From: the human T2T-CHM13v2.0 reference genome, Homo sapiens
Reading direction: 5' to 3' (one strand)
Assembly: GCF_009914755.1 (NCBI RefSeq)
Contig: NC_060926.1
DNA: 64,000 nt
Shown: piece after piece, positions 30,554 to 46,225 of the stretch
How the letters are laid out: the number at the start of each line of letters is the position of its first letter
Numbering within the stretch: the stretch's first letter is position 1
Translations under genes and position numbers: made by a program
The notes under the pieces: model-generated
Told to the model about the DNA's origin: nothing
The model's database searches: none
What the model saw: only the letters and a program-made list of their open reading frames with translations

Positions 30554-30816
30554 CTCTCGTCTTTCTATGTCTTTTCTCCTTTCTTCCTCTCGTTGTCTCT
30601 CCAATTCCCGTTGCTTCTCTAAGCGTTTTTCTAATTCAAGTTGTTTCTTCCATTCTTGTTCTTGTAATTCTCTCTGTTTTCGTTCCCACTCTTCCTTTTC
30701 TTTCTGGGCTTTACGTTCTGCCTCCCTTTGTTGCTGCTCCATCAAGGCTTGGCGTCGCTTTTCCAGCTCCATGTTCCCTCGCTCATAGTTGGCTTTCCGT
30801 TTGTCCTCAAAAGTAA
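30554..30816 (-). CDS. ITSN2: ITSN2 coding exon 11 (coiled coil, [21 protein letters not shown]...IERRE)
   Basis: ttcag|TTACT ... GAG|gttatt; 263 nt, phase 1-0; ORF-track peptide matches the intersectin KELRQ region. Confidence 0.97.
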
Positions 30817-31019
30817 CTGAACAAGGTATGCCTATCAGCATCCACACACATTAACAGCCTACAGAACCTGTAATCTAGTTTCTATATACTTATGCCTTGT
30901 GATCATTTGAGTGCTATCAGTATTTGAATACTTCTCCTAAGGATAATTTTAACTCAAATCTAAGTGGAAAAATATCTACTTTCTTCAAGGATATTCAATT
31001 TTAGAAAAACAAATTTTTA

Positions 31020-31368
<349 letters not shown>

Positions 31369-31798
31369 TCAACTTTTTTCTCTTCTTCAAGGACAATCAA
31401 AGCTGTGTGGTTATACATTTGTTTTGATGTCATTAACATCCTAATATATTAAAACAGCTACAAATGTATTCTTTCAACCAATATTTAAATGTTTTTAAAG
31501 GTAAAGATTTCATTACAAAGTTTCCTCTAATAACTCAGCCTAAATTAGGAGAAATACTTTAACTCAGATGTCTATAATCCTGTCAAATACATCTAACTGT
31601 CTCTTCTTCCTTCACACTCTTCTCATTTTGACCATCTTAATTTTATCAATACCAAAATACATCCCATCTATCAAATAGTTTTTTCTCATATAGCACATCA
31701 AATATTAAAAATATAAAAATTCTAAATATTCCATTACATTTAAAGGTAGAATTTAAAAGAACTCAGTATAAATATACAACTTTGACACTCAGTGATAC

Positions 31799-31884
31799 CT
31801 GGTAATTTCTTCTGAGGCTCCTCTTCTTGCATTTTCTGATATGAAGGCAGAGTTCCATTAATGGAATCAATTTGCTTTCCTCCT
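31799..31884 (-). CDS. ITSN2: ITSN2 coding exon 10 ([28 protein letters not shown])
   Basis: ttttag|AGGAGG ... CCAG|gtatca; 86 nt, phase 2-1. Confidence 0.96.
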
Positions 31885-32171
31885 CTAAAAAAATCAAACA
31901 ACAAAGTTAGCATCATGTAGTCTGGACATTTTCAGACTAGATTACACAGACTACCAGTGATTATGGCAATTTGATATTGGGAATACAGTATTAAAGATAT
32001 TTAAAACAGTTTGGTATGTCGTTACAAAATACAGTAGTATATGGATATTCAAGACAGAGAAATCTGGATTCAAATCACAGTTCAGCTAATTTTGGTTCTT
32101 GGGCAAGTTTTTCTTTATCTCTTTAGTCATTAGCCTCCTTATGTATAACATAATGAAAACACATCCACTTC

Positions 32172-32467
32172 TTTTTTTTTTTTTTTTTGAGGCAGGGTCT
32201 TGCTCTGCTGCCCAGGCTAGAGTGCTGTGGCATAATCACAACTTACTGTAGCCTTGAACTTCTATGCTCCAGTGATCCTCCTGCCCCAGCTTCCAGAGTA
32301 CCTAGGACTACAGGCGCACACCACCACACCTGGCTAATTATTTTTATTTTTGTAGATACGGGGTCTCACTATGTTGTCCACGCTGGTCCTGAACTCCCGG
32401 CCTCATGTGATCCTCCCACCTTGGCTCCCAGTGTTATGATTACAGGCGTAAGCTGCCACGCCTGGCC
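32172..32467 (-). mobile_element. AluJ
   Basis: Diverged reverse dimer. Confidence 0.88.
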
Positions 32468-32609
32468 CACACCTACTTCTAATATGTACCCTTTTCAAGT
32501 ATAACTTGTTGAATACTAAAATCAATGGCAGTGCAAATATTTAACTCTCTTCTAAATCACATCTGCCAAGTTATCAAAACCATAGTTCTCCACCTCCAGG
32601 CACACTCAC

Positions 32610-32747
32610 CTGAAAGATGGAGGAACAAGCTCAGGAGGTAAAGTCAGTGGTAATGGCTGTCCAGCTTTGGCCATGTCAGTAAGGTGCATTGCAAGAATAA
32701 ACTCTTCTGCTTTTAGCTGTCCATCACCATCAACGTCAGCCAGAGTC
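32610..32747 (-). CDS. ITSN2: ITSN2 coding exon 9 (EH2 EF-hand [16 protein letters not shown]...PPSF)
   Basis: tttag|GACTC ... TTCAG|gtgagt; 138 nt, phase 2-2. Confidence 0.97.
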
Positions 32748-32780
32748 CTAAAGAAAATGTTAAAATTCACAACTTAATAA

Positions 32781-33143
<363 letters not shown>

Positions 33144-33491
33144 AATTTTTTATTTTTAAAAGAAGGATAATGATGGTAAAACTGCTGGGTACACTTATTT
33201 TAGTGAAATGTAAATACGTACATTTACGTAACTCACTATTGAATGTAAGTATGTAAGTATGTACTTCAATAGTGAATTAATTTTTTACCGTTGATTTTCA
33301 AGACATAAAAGAGAGGGAAGAAACTTTGAAACAGAAAGAGAAGTAACTACCCCTTCTGAGAAAGTGGCTTGTCTTACTCCATGGTTAATTCACCTACCAA
33401 ATCACATTTACCTATATTAAAAACAAGATATTCTCTGATTCTCCATAGAAGGGATTAGATGAAAGAAAACAACAGTTTTTCTAGTAAAATA

Positions 33492-34258
33492 TAGTCATGA
33501 ACTGCATAATGACATATCAGTCAACAATGGACTGCATTTATAATGGTGGTCCCATAAGATTATAATGGAGCTGAAAAATTCCTACCACCTAAGGACACTG
33601 TAGCTGTCATAAAGCAACGCATTACCTATGTGTCTGTGGTGATGCTAGTCTGAACAAACATACTGCACTGCCAGCTGTAGAAAAGTACAGCATATACAAT
33701 TATCTACAGTACATACACTCAATAACAATAAACATCTGTTAATATATTACTGGATTATGTATTTACTATACTTTATTTTTATTGTTATTTTAGAGTATAC
33801 TCCTTCTACTTACAGAAAAAAAAAAGTTAACTGTAAGACAGCCTCAGGCAGGTCAGTCAGGAGAAATTCCAGAAGGCATTGTTATCATAGGAGACAATGG
33901 CTCCATGCGTGTTATTGCCCCGAACACCTTCCAGTGAGACAAGATGTGGAGGTAGAAGATAGTGATACTGATGATCTTGACCCTCTACAGGCCTAAGCTA
34001 ATGGGTGTCTTTGTGTCTCAGTTTTTACCGAAAGTTTAAATAGTAAAAATAAATTTTAAAAACAAGAAAGAGCTTAAAGAATAGGATATAAATATCTTTC
34101 TGTACAATGTGTTTGTGTTTTAAGCTAAGTGTTATTACAAGAGTCAAAAAGTTTTAAAAAATTAAAAGGTTTACAAAGTTAAAAAGTTATTGTATGCCAA
34201 GATTAATCTATTGTTGAAGAAAATATTTTTTGTAAATTTGGTGTAGCTTAAGGGTACA
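33492..34258 (+). mobile_element. Tigger3-family DNA transposon fragment
   Basis: Start resembles the Tigger3 5' end (…ggtggtcccataagattataatggagctgaaaaattcc…). Confidence 0.75.
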
Positions 34259-34443
34259 ACAACATTCTGCACAATTACATTTGCCTCCAAGCTTAATACT
34301 AACTTTCAAATGGCTGCTTTTATAGAGCATCTCTGAGTCACAAACTTTTACAGAAACAGTATCTTTCTTGTAATAGGGGAGAGAGAGTTTAATTAATTAA
34401 TGCATAGTTAAATTAATCAAATGTAATTAAGGGACAAACTTAC

Positions 34444-34507
34444 CAAATAGTAGCCAGCTGAGTTTGAGAAAGATTTGACTGAAGAAGGGCATTTCTAGCT
34501 TGAAAAC
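34444..34507 (-). CDS. ITSN2: ITSN2 coding exon 8 (EH2, FQARNALLQSNLSQTQLATI)
   Basis: aatcag|GTTTT ... ATTTG|gtaagt; 64 nt, phase 1-2. Confidence 0.97.
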
Positions 34508-35964
34508 CTGATTAAGTGGGGAAAATCATAAAGGAATTCTTTAGCATCTTTAAAGTTATGCATAACAAATTAGCTGTATCTGTAAAATAACAATGCTACC
34601 AGGGTATCCTGGGAACTTTTAACATCAAAATGTTTTTACCACGTGCTAGGTGCTAAGCATTCAGTAGCAATTAAACCCAGTCACTGCCCCAAGGAATTTT
34701 AAATCTAGAATTAGCAGTATCAAGTGCTGTCCCCTGTCTTTTCAGCAAGATAATAATACACACAAGTGGCTAACGTGAAAGAACAAGATATCAGGCACAC
34801 AGAGTATCAGAGGCCAAGACTGTGGGCCCTCTTGTACTCCCAGCAGGTGCAGCACTTCCCACTCCTACGTGACTGAGCCGTGAGTAGCAGAAGAGTCAGG
34901 CGCTACTCTGGGTTCAGCCTGAGTCAAGGCCTGTCCAAAACAACTCTTACACAAGAGATTACATCTGCCAACACTGCCTCAGCAACAGCTCCAACTACAA
35001 CAAAAGCCAGCCAAATGCAGCTAGATTTATTGTCCCACTAGGCTTTCAACATAGGACTTGATAATCAAAGCAACCATGTATTACAACATGCAGCTAAATG
35101 TTTATATTTTATAACTTTTAAAATATTTTCATTCTATTTTTTTAATCTGGACATTTAACATAAATCACATAAAAACACTGGAAATTAAACTCACAGCCTC
35201 GCCCTATTAATTACTCCTCAGATTTCACTTAGGAAATTTGATTTGAGGAGGTCTTTGTGTTAAAAGGAAGATTCTTCTAAATAAGAGAGATGGAAGGCTA
35301 TTTCAAACCTGAAAAAAAGTTCAAAACTACTATTTCAGCTTTTGGACCGAAAAAAGATCCTTTTGGACTGAAAGAAGATCCCTTAGCATCAGGCAATAGA
35401 GCAAACAGAAGAGAGAAGGAGGAGGAATGTAAATGGTTAAAAATCATACTCGTGGAGGGCTTTATATGTGTGAGGCAAAGTCTGAGTAATACAAAGGGCC
35501 ATAGAGAGCCAACAGAGTATCTTACTTACTAAGTAAAACTCATTTGAACATGTATGTACACTCTTAGTCGGCCAAGCCTCTGGATATCCTATATCCTCTG
35601 CTTAGAATGCCAGACCCTCAATTCTTTACTTTGTAGTCTATCCTCTGAAATCTGGCTCTAATCTCTTTTCTTCTGTGAAACATTCTCTCTTATATCCTTG
35701 GAGTTAGTCACTTTCTCATCTATATTAATCACAGCACTTTTAAACAAGTAACCAAACACCTTGATTACATGAGCTCTTCATTATATGGGCTCTTCAAAGA
35801 TATGAACCATGTCTTGCCCCTGTCTGTATTCCTGTGCCTAAGAGAGTGCCCAGAAAGTATGTGATTCAGGAAACAGTTACATCAATGACTTGATCTAAAT
35901 AAATTTTTAAAAACTATGTTTAGGGGGAGGAGAAGAGAAGTAAAAAAGGGAAAAACAGACCAGT

Positions 35965-36246
35965 GGACAGGCGCGGTAGCTCACGTCTGTAATCCCAGAA
36001 CTTTGGGAGACCAAGGCGGGCGGATCACCTGAGGTTGGGAGTTCGAGACCAGCCTGGCCAACATGGCAAAACCTGTCTCTACTAAGAAAAATTAGCTGGG
36101 CGTGGTGGCGTGTGCCTGTAGGAGGCAGGAGAATCGCTGGAACCCGGGGAGGCAGAGGCTGCAGTGGGCCAAGATCGCACCACTGCACTCCAGCCTGGGC
36201 AACAGAGCAAGACTCTGTCTCAAAAAAAAAAAAAAAAAAAAAAAAA
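35965..36246 (+). mobile_element. AluS with an internal deletion in the right arm
   Basis: cctgta is joined directly to ggaggcaggagaatcg. Confidence 0.88.
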
Positions 36247-36629
36247 GGATCACCAACTCCTACACTTATTGAACAAAACAAACATATAAGTCCAGGTTAG
36301 CCTCATCCTCATGTTCTTGGGGCTCATGCTCAGCTTAAGGACACCAGCAGCAACTACTCTTTTTATAGAAAACCTTGTCTTTACCTACAGATATATAGCT
36401 TTACCCTTGTAGGTCTCAGAATAATAATGACATTCCCTAAAAAACACCATAATACACAACCTTCGTACAATGTGACATATACTAATGAAGTAACATTAGG
36501 GATCACTTCCCCACAGTTGGCTCCCCATTCACTGCCCTTCATATTCCAATGCAAAATCACCTCTGTTTATACTGTTATAGTTACAGTACTTATACAAAGC
36601 GTACTACTCTTAAGTGTGCTGCCTAATAA

Positions 36630-36924
36630 TTTTTTCTTTTTTGAGACGTAGTCTAGTTCTGTCACCCAGGCTGGAGTGCAGTGGCATGATCTCAGCTCAC
36701 TGCAACCTCTGCCTCCCAGGCACAAATAATTCTGTTGCCTCAGACTCCAGAGTAGCTAGGATTACAGGCGTCCACCACCACGCCTGGTTAATTTTTATAT
36801 TTTTAGTAGCGATGGGGTTTCACCATGTTGACCAGGCTGGTCTCAAACTCCTGACCTCAAGTGATCCGCCCGCCTCAGCCTCCCAAAATGTTGGAATTAC
36901 AGGTGTGAGCCACTGCACCCGGCC
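36630..36924 (-). mobile_element. AluS
   Basis: Flanking ctgcctaat repeat. Confidence 0.9.
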
Positions 36925-37324
36925 TGCCTAATGAATTTTTACACAGGTATGCACATACACACCTGTATCAAGATGCAGAATGTTTCCAGCAACTCAGAAG
37001 GTTTGCACATGGCCCCTTCCCCACACAGTAACCACATTATTCTGATTTCTATCACCATTAATTAGGTTTCCTGTTCTTCAGCCTCATATAAATGGGTTAA
37101 ATGGTATGGTCCTTTTGGGCTGCTTTCATTCAATACCATACCTGTGAAAGTCATTCATGTTGTTGCAGGTATCAGCAGTTCATTTGGTTTTATCGCTTTA
37201 AAGTATTCTGTTATGTAAATATACTGTCATTTATCTATTCTCCTGTCGATGAACATTTAGGTTGTGAACATTTTTGTAAATGTCTTTTTCATCAACTTTT
37301 GTTCAGTTGAAAACAAATAACTTC

Positions 37325-37748
<424 letters not shown>

Positions 37749-39261
37749 AAAATTAACTTTTTAAATGCAAAATGTAGGGTACAAAGAAGTTAATTTTTTC
37801 AAAGAATAGGAATTATGACTTTATATTAATCTCCAGTATGGTTCAATACCATATTTCACAGAATCTAAAATTCCACTGGCTATAAGACATACTATTATTT
37901 TATGAATAAGAAAGAAAGCACTGCTAATAAAACTATGACACAGTGCTAAGACATCACTAATTGTAGCACACATCCTAATTTTAGAGACATTAAAATGTAA
38001 AAAAAAAAAAGTGTCAAAAAAGCATACCTTGTTTCATGCAATTTGATAAAATTACAGAAAATCTTAGTTATGTAATATGAAATACATGTAAAAATACAAA
38101 GTATATATGTAAGCTAAGAAGTATAATAGGTCACCCGTGAACCTACCACCCATCTTAAGAACTAGATTACTACTAAATGCCTTGAATCTATCCGTGTTCC
38201 TTGACTTATCCCCATGCTTCCACAAGAGGTAACCACTATCCTGAATTTTGTATGCATAATTCCCTTGCTTTAAAAAATAGTTATCACATAGGTATGTATC
38301 TTTAAATAAAATACTGTATATTTTTGCTTGTCCAATCGATTCCAAAAGTCTTACTGCTCGTTCCCTTGCCTCTCTGCATAACTACAGACCCTGGACTCCT
38401 ATTTCACAGACTACTTTTCATTCTCCAAATAGGCCATGTATTTTTTGCTCTTAATTTCTCCTTTGTCACCATCAAATGCCCCCACGTTCAATCTCTGTCG
38501 AAATCCTAACTTTTTCATGGAGCTTAAATGCTCCCTTCCTAAAAGATACCTCATCTGAACTCTTCAGCTTCAATATATCTCATTCTATGTTCCTTAGCAC
38601 TTAAAGCTCTATTATTTTTAAACACTTATTTTACTCGGTCCTAAATCATAATTTCTTGCTGAGTGAAGAGGGAGTGGGAAAGTTAGAAGGTGGGAACTCT
38701 ACTTGCCTATTACCCTCTGTTTATGTCTCCTTTGCTGTTCTCAATTAGTACAGTTCAGATGATGTTCTGGCCTGGACTCAAATGTTTTACAGTGAACTAA
38801 GGCCAAGTTTTACAGTCACATTTGGGTTAGAGCATTAAAGGGTGAGCAATGCTCACTTGAGGTTATATAAACAGAGAAAAAGCCCAATGCAGAGGAGGAT
38901 TCTCAGGAAAAGTGAGCTGAGGCTAAGTTCCACACACTCTCTCTTGTGACCCGTGGCTCTCCATTCACTGCAAAGCTTAGAGGATGAGGTCTGATCTTAA
39001 GGGACAGGTCTTTTGCCAAAAAGTTGGGGGTATATCTGGTGCCCGACTTGACAGTAAGAACTTTGAAGAAAGCAATCAAGTTGAATCCATCTTTGAATCC
39101 TTATACAACTTCAGGTATTTGTATTTATCAAATGCCTGCTAAATTTTTTGGATGTTAAAATGTCAGATGAGCTACACAATACAAATTCAAATGACAGTTC
39201 TTCAGTGGAAGTCCACATAAAAGACCCTTTTTCATGCTCTTCAGCACTGTATGCTGCTTAC

Positions 39262-39401
39262 CTGAGAGATATCCACTCATACTTTTGTCAAGAGTATTAA
39301 ATTTTTGCCGATATTTTAATCTTGTAGGCTGAGGAACTGCCCACTCTGAGGTCCCAGTCTTGGGTGAGTTCCCTGAGAGTGAAGCAGTCGAGGAAGTTGA
39401 G
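39262..39401 (-). CDS. ITSN2: ITSN2 coding exon 7 (start of EH2, [28 protein letters not shown])
   Basis: ttatag|CTCAAC ... CTCAG|gtaagc; 140 nt, phase 2-1. Confidence 0.97.
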
Positions 39402-39493
39402 CTATAAAAAAATTTATTTAAAATTTTTATGTTACTAAATAAAATATATTTAATTAAATTTTATAAGACCAAGGCATTAAGAATCTTATATAC

Positions 39494-40183
<690 letters not shown>

Positions 40184-40928
40184 TAAGCAATTATCACTAT
40201 TCTTAGTAAAGCAAAGACCATAAGAAGTATAGAACTCCATGAGACTACCGCATATAAAGAACCTGCTCTGTGCCAGACCTTATATTGTACTAAGGCCTTT
40301 ACAAATATTTCTAATCCTCCCAACAAACTTAAAAAATACTACAGTCCCCATCTTTTAGATGGGTAAACTATGGCTCAGCGATGTTAAGAAAAAACAAGGC
40401 CACAGAATCAGTGAGTGTTCAAGCTAGGATATGAATGTTGTTCTTCTGGGTCAAATCTAACACTCTCCGTACACTACCCTGAAGAGTATAATAGTGATTT
40501 ATATGAAGGGTGATTAATGTAATGAATACTGATGCATTTGTGCTTTGTAAAATTTAAAAGATATCCAATTAGTAGAATCTGCTCAAGAAAGAAATTAACA
40601 ATGTACAATGAGTATGAGACATCTTGGGAAATATACACATTTTTTAAAGGAAAAGTACACAGCTTTAGGCAAAGAAAAAATTAAAATATAGAATATTTTT
40701 AGTTTACATGAATTATTTTTTCAAAAGTAAAATGCCACAGACACTTAATAATTCTAAAAATAAAAAATTTATTTTATGTGAGTTGTAAGTAGTAAATTTA
40801 CCTTAAGTATTTGTACTTGGCCATTATAAAGTAAAACTTAGGTAAGCTCAAAGCTTTAAAAAAATCATTTGTTAAATAAAGACTTCTTACTGAAAGCATA
40901 AAAAGTTGTCAGAGTTAGCTATTCATAC

Positions 40929-41025
40929 CTACTAGATCCTAAATCAATCAGAGACTGCGCTTTCTGTATACTAGCACCTCCAAATCCTCCCATCATCAGA
41001 CTATAAGATGACCCATGAGGCAATG
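40929..41025 (-). CDS. ITSN2: ITSN2 coding exon 6 ([16 protein letters not shown]...DLGSS)
   Basis: tttag|CATTG ... AGTAG|gtatga; 97 nt, phase 1-2; preceded by a 108-nt intron. Confidence 0.96.
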
Positions 41026-41133
41026 CTAAAAAAGAAAAAGAAGGAAAAGTATGAAAGAAATTTGTATCTGTTCAAACACAAATAGTTTCTTTCTTTACAT
41101 GAAATAATGACTCTTTAGAAACAAAGTACTCAC

Positions 41134-41337
41134 TTGAAGAAGAATAAGGAATGGGTAAAGGCTGAATGAGACTGGCGGTTCCATTTGGTAATGATGATGT
41201 GCTAACAGAAGGCACTAGGGGAGTGGGCATCATTAAGGGAGGAAGGTTGGTCCCTGAAGTCGCAGAAGACAATGATGTTATAGGTGCAGCTGGAGGCAAT
41301 GGCTGAGGAATGGACAGATTGGGCATGCTTCCCATTC
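41134..41337 (-). CDS. ITSN2: ITSN2 coding exon 5 (Pro/Ser-rich inter-EH linker)
   Basis: tttag|GAATGG ... TCAA|gtgagt; 204 nt, phase 1-1. Confidence 0.96.
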
Positions 41338-41707
41338 CTAAAGTCAAAAGAAAACATTTTTTCCAGTGCTAGAAAATCAATTATAAAACACATGCAAAAA
41401 ACAAGTTTACAGTACAGTGGGCAGACTCTATGTTTACCAAAACACACAGATGAATTATCCTTAAAAAACTCACTACTTTGACCCAGCAGTGAGGGAGGTA
41501 AACTGCTGCTCTTAATACTAATACTCTGATCTGTATGAACTAAGAAAACACCTAGCAAAGAGTTAAATATTCTCCTCTCTCATCATGAATAAAACTAAGC
41601 AGCCTTTTCCAATTGAATATGAGTCTCCTCAAGGAAAGAATACATTACCAGATCAAATGAGGTTTTTGTGAAAGGATAATACAGTGCTACTAAGTTACTT
41701 GACTAAT

Positions 41708-41753
41708 ACACACACACACACACACACACACATTCTTCTTCTCTCTCTCTCTC
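41708..41753. repeat. (CA)n followed by (CT)n microsatellite
   Basis: Direct reading. Confidence 0.9.
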
Positions 41754-42022
41754 ACATACTCCCCCCAAACAAAAAGGTTCTAAGTAGTAGATACTTTATG
41801 AGATCCATTTATGCATATGCATTATTTGCAAGAAAGTGTGTCACATATTTTACTTTTCTTGTAAGTAACATTCCTATGAATTCAAGGACGAGTTCTTAAA
41901 AGGAACAAAGTGATGACTTTTATTCATTTATTAACTGCAGAATACTTATAAATATGGTCACACAATGATTTAGTATTTATCTTTAGAATTCACTAAAATA
42001 GTGAAATAATTTTGTGGAGTCT

Positions 42023-42190
42023 GTTGTTTGTTTGAGATGGGGGTCTCACTATGTTGCCCCGACTAGAATGAAGTGGCTATTCACAGGTGCGATCATAGCA
42101 CAGTACAACCTCAAACTCCTGGACTCAAGCAATCCTACCCATAGCCTCCCAAGCAGCCAGAACTACAGGCACACACCCCTATAACCAGCT
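42023..42190 (-). mobile_element. Old Alu monomer (FRAM/FAM-like)
   Basis: Single diverged arm. Confidence 0.7.
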
Positions 42191-42569
42191 CTAGAATTCT
42201 ATATTCTAAGATCTGTAGTGAAGGAACATGTTTCAGATACATAGACATACCTAATTGAATGTTCCATTCAAAATGAGTGCTTCTCACATATAATTATAAG
42301 AAATTGCCTGATCAAAATTAACAGAAAACATACCAACCGGTTATCGCTGATGAATACGTGAACTTATTAGCCCAAAGTCTGCAACTTTTGGCCCTAAATT
42401 TAGCTGGCTAATTAACCTTTAAAAAAATTCAACTTACATAAAATTTTAAATTATCTCCCAAATCGAACCATTTCAAGTGAGTTTAAAACTGCTCAAAATT
42501 TTTTCTGTATTACTCACATATATATAGAGAGAGAGGAAACTAAGAATAGTATTTGGGATTGGCTATACC

Positions 42570-42695
42570 TAGGGAGACCATATAATTCATCACGCAACTA
42601 GGAGTTGTAAAAGGAGACACTAACTGGACCAGATGCCAGGACAAAAGGCATAAATCAGAACTGTCCCTAGAAAACCAGAACACATGGATCCCCTA
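42570..42695. mobile_element. Short hAT-Tip100 (MER96-like) MITE
   Basis: Imperfect terminal inverted repeats tagggagaccat / atggatcccccta. Confidence 0.45.
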
Positions 42696-42856
42696 CCTGT
42701 GACAGTGAATTTAATATTTATTATCTCTAACATGAAAATTAACTTGGAATCTGGGGACTGTCATTTTGTGCTAACAAATCCTTTTCTAATACTCAAATAT
42801 GCCTAGGGATAAAGTTTAAGTAGCAAATACAGGTATTTAAATTAATACATACTTAC

Positions 42857-43020
42857 CAAAACGAGCAGAAATTAATGGAGAAAACATAGGGGGTTGCTTC
42901 ATAATAGGAGGGAGAACCACAGGCAACTGTTGGCCTTGAAGCTTCAGTTTGATGAGTTTCATAGCTATGGAGAACTCTTGCTGATCCATCTTCCCATCCT
43001 TGTTTAGGTCTGATAAAGCC
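42857..43020 (-). CDS. ITSN2: ITSN2 coding exon 4 (EH1 EF-hand [16 protein letters not shown]...SARF)
   Basis: ttttag|GGCT ... TTTG|gtaagt; 164 nt, phase 2-1. Confidence 0.97.
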
Positions 43021-43728
43021 CTAAAAGGAGCATGAGGTAGGTAGATTGCTATGTGGTGTGGTGGTGGGAAAACTAACGTTATTTTGGGGATTGACAAAGT
43101 AAAAATGATGATATGGCATTCACGTGTACATCATCACTAAATTTAAAATATCTAACATGTAAAATATATAATAACAAAAAGATAAAACCTACACTTTAAG
43201 AAATACTGACCAGAGATAATAACTAATAAAACACTGCCTGTCAAAACAGAATCTAGAGACCTTTGGGCTGAATTCCACCAGTTTAGGTAGAAAAAAATTC
43301 AAGATTATAATACTTCTAAATTTAATTTATTCATCTGTCCAAATATTTACTGAATACTTGCTATGTGCCTCGTACTCTACCAGGCATGAGAATATTCCAA
43401 GTGGAAAGATGGGACAGGGGTTGTTACTTATTGTAAACGTTTTTAAAAAAACAGATATTATAGAGAATAGTTTCTTTAAAGAAGGAGCAGGGGAAGCGAG
43501 GACTAATTTGGGGTTTATAGATTATGAAATAAATGAAACTACAAAATAACAGAAAGAGGATTTTGAGATTCTGCCAAATTATAAGGAAATTTTTCTCAAT
43601 GATAATGTATATATCTTTCCTTAGAAAATTCTAATGAAATTAGAAATTTGTCCTAGAGAACTAAACCTGAATTATTTTCAATAATTTGCTCAATAAAATT
43701 TATTTTCCAAAAAACTGAAGAAATACCT

Positions 43729-43989
43729 TTTTTTTTTTTTTTTTTCTAAAGAGAGTCTCATTCTGTCATCCAGGCTAGGGTGCAGTGACACAATCATAGT
43801 TCACTGCAGCACTGAATTCCTGGGCTCAAGCAATCCTTCCATCTTGGCCTCCCTGAGTAGCTGGGACTAGAGGTGTGGCCACCACACCCAGCTAATTTTT
43901 TTTTTAATTTTCTGTAGAGACAGGGTTCTCACTATGTTGCCCAGCCTGGCCTCAAGCAATCCTCCTACCTCAGACTCCCAAAGTGCTGG
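43729..43989 (-). mobile_element. AluJ (truncated)
   Basis: Flanking agaaata repeat. Confidence 0.85.
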
Positions 43990-44104
43990 CAGAAATATTC
44001 TTAATAACCAATAGAATGCAACTAAAAACAATTTTATGTTAACACTATATTACAAAAAAACAAAATACTATCAGAAAATTAGGTTCATCTACAAAACACT
44101 TTAC

Positions 44105-44168
44105 CATATTTCAGCTAAAACAGGGGCCGGCAGACCTGATTGTAGGAAAAAATTACGTGCTTGATCAC
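44105..44168 (-). CDS. ITSN2: ITSN2 coding exon 3 (EH1, [20 protein letters not shown])
   Basis: ccag|GTGATC ... ATATG|gtaaag; 64 nt, phase 1-2. Confidence 0.97.
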
Positions 44169-44515
44169 CTGGAGGTAATAAAAACAAAACCCAAGCAGCA
44201 CATTAGTAAATGAAATTATTCCAATGCTTCTGAATAATAATGGGTATATGTTAATGATTTATTATAATTTTAATACCAATCATTAAAGAATAAGTGAAAT
44301 AGAAACACATAAAAATTATTTACATAACTTTAATAAGACAGATATTTTAAAACAAAAGTCACATCTGCACTTCTATTGTATATTAATCAGTGATGAAAGA
44401 TGATTCATCTCAGTTTTTCCACAATTGGGGTCTTCCTTAAAAATACTTCCACTTAGTAAAATTTATATTTAAAAACACTATTCCCTAAAAGAGTTTCAAT
44501 ATAAAAAGTACCAGG

Positions 44516-44965
44516 TGTTAGGAGAGAGAGTCCTCCATGAGTTTCTTCACACTCCTATGTGTCTTGCTCTGTATACCAATAATGTAAGACCCTAATTGCT
44601 CTCTGCCTGGGTCACTTCTCAGAATTGGGTTTGTAATGAGCAATCTTAACGAATCCGGTAACGTTTCCCACTGAGACAAGGGACAAACTTGCTTTACTGC
44701 TTGCTACAAAAGGGTGGGTTCCCCAAATTCAGTGTTCCTCTCCTGTAACACAATCATAGCATGTGTACTATTCTCCTGGGCTCTCTGCATTGTCTCTGTG
44801 GGACTTAGGGAACACTAAAGGAAACAGAAAGATAGATGCCAATGCTCATTTTGCTAGTTATGCTGTTAGTCATAAGGTTCTTTGTCTCTGACTCAGGAAT
44901 CTTGGGTCTTCCACCCGTAATGGACAAAGTTATTAACCTGTAAGCAGGGTAATCAAATCCTGATA
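44516..44965 (+). mobile_element. Solo LTR, LTR40-like (ERVL)
   Basis: tgttaggaga...cctccatg start; 5-bp TSD ccagg (44511-44515 / 44966-44970). Confidence 0.75.
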
Positions 44966-45776
44966 CCAGGTAAGGTAATTACTATCATAGCAGTACAAAT
45001 AACATGGTTAAGTAGATGGATTCCAAAATCAGCCCAAATGGTTTCAAAGCCCAGATTAACACTAACCATCTTTGTAACCTTAGGCAGTTACATAACGTCT
45101 CTTAGTCTCAGTTTCACTATTTGTAAATATAGACAACAACAGTGCCTACTTTACAGGGTTGTTGTAAAGGTTAAATAAAATAATGCACTTAGCATAGCAT
45201 CTGGTATATAGTAAAAATTCAATAAATATCATTGTTCTCATAGTTACTATTATTGTATGTAAAGCACTAAGCTACTTTGGCACAGAAAAAAGTTTAATTA
45301 ATAGAAAAAAATTTCAAAGGCACACCTAAATTAATCCCATTTTGGCTCTGGTGGTCTTTCTGCAAAACAAGGGCTAGCATCAACAATCAGTGCTTGGTGT
45401 AGCCTCAAAGACAGAGGGCTAGCATTAGGAAAACAGATTCCAGAAAAAAAAAGTCTAGATTTTCCATGAAATGAATCTAAGAAATAAACTGAAAACTTTC
45501 TAGATATAATGTTAAAATGTGAAACCAGACAATTACACAGAAATTCTTGACTATCATTTAGGATTCAGGAAAAATCTTCCATATCCCAAATTTAAAACAA
45601 CAAATTAAGACAGTTCCAGGAAAAATAAAGTTAGCATTTCTTTAATTTCTAGAATTCTGATTGATATGAATTTTATCGTTTATTAACACAAATTTGATGG
45701 CAGTCAAATTAAAACTAATTCTTAGATATCACATAAGGACCATAATTCACTAATAAAACTAATTATAAATACAAAC

Positions 45777-45869
45777 CTGTTATGTAACCTCCTGAAGGTT
45801 TGAGGTTATCAAACTGCCTGTCATGCTTAGTACGTTCTTCAGAGGTAATAGCCCACATGTTTGGCCCTC
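45777..45869 (-). CDS. ITSN2: ITSN2 coding exon 2 (EH1 start, [30 protein letters not shown])
   Basis: tttcag|GAGGG ... ACAG|gtttgt; 93 nt, phase 1-1. Confidence 0.97.
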
Positions 45870-46225
45870 CTGAAACATAAGTGGAAGAAACTATAGTGTA
45901 TACATGAGAATGCTTAAAATACAATTCTAAAATGTAAATAGAAATCACAAGTGTTCATTGTATGACAGTATTTAATATTTGAGTGACACAAAGAGTAGAG
46001 CTCTATCATAACCATACATAGCACAGCCCTAAGGCTTTTCACTCATTGGCTCAATTAACGTCTATTGAACAAGTGCTATATCACACTCACTGGAAATGGG
46101 CATCAAGCTAAATACTGGCAATAAAAAGATGAAGAAAATATTCCCACCCTCAAGGAATTCATGCTCTAGAAAACAACAGTACTTACAGTATTCACCTGTG
46201 AAAAATCCTAAGCAGAACTATATAC

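Noticed and set aside
41026-41133. 108-nt intron (multiple of 3) as an in-frame retained intron
   Set aside because: Contains an in-frame TGA (41074-41072), so retention truncates the protein
45867-45872. CAG|GAG NAGNAG acceptor
   Set aside because: GAG acceptors are rarely used when a CAG precedes them; no supporting evidence
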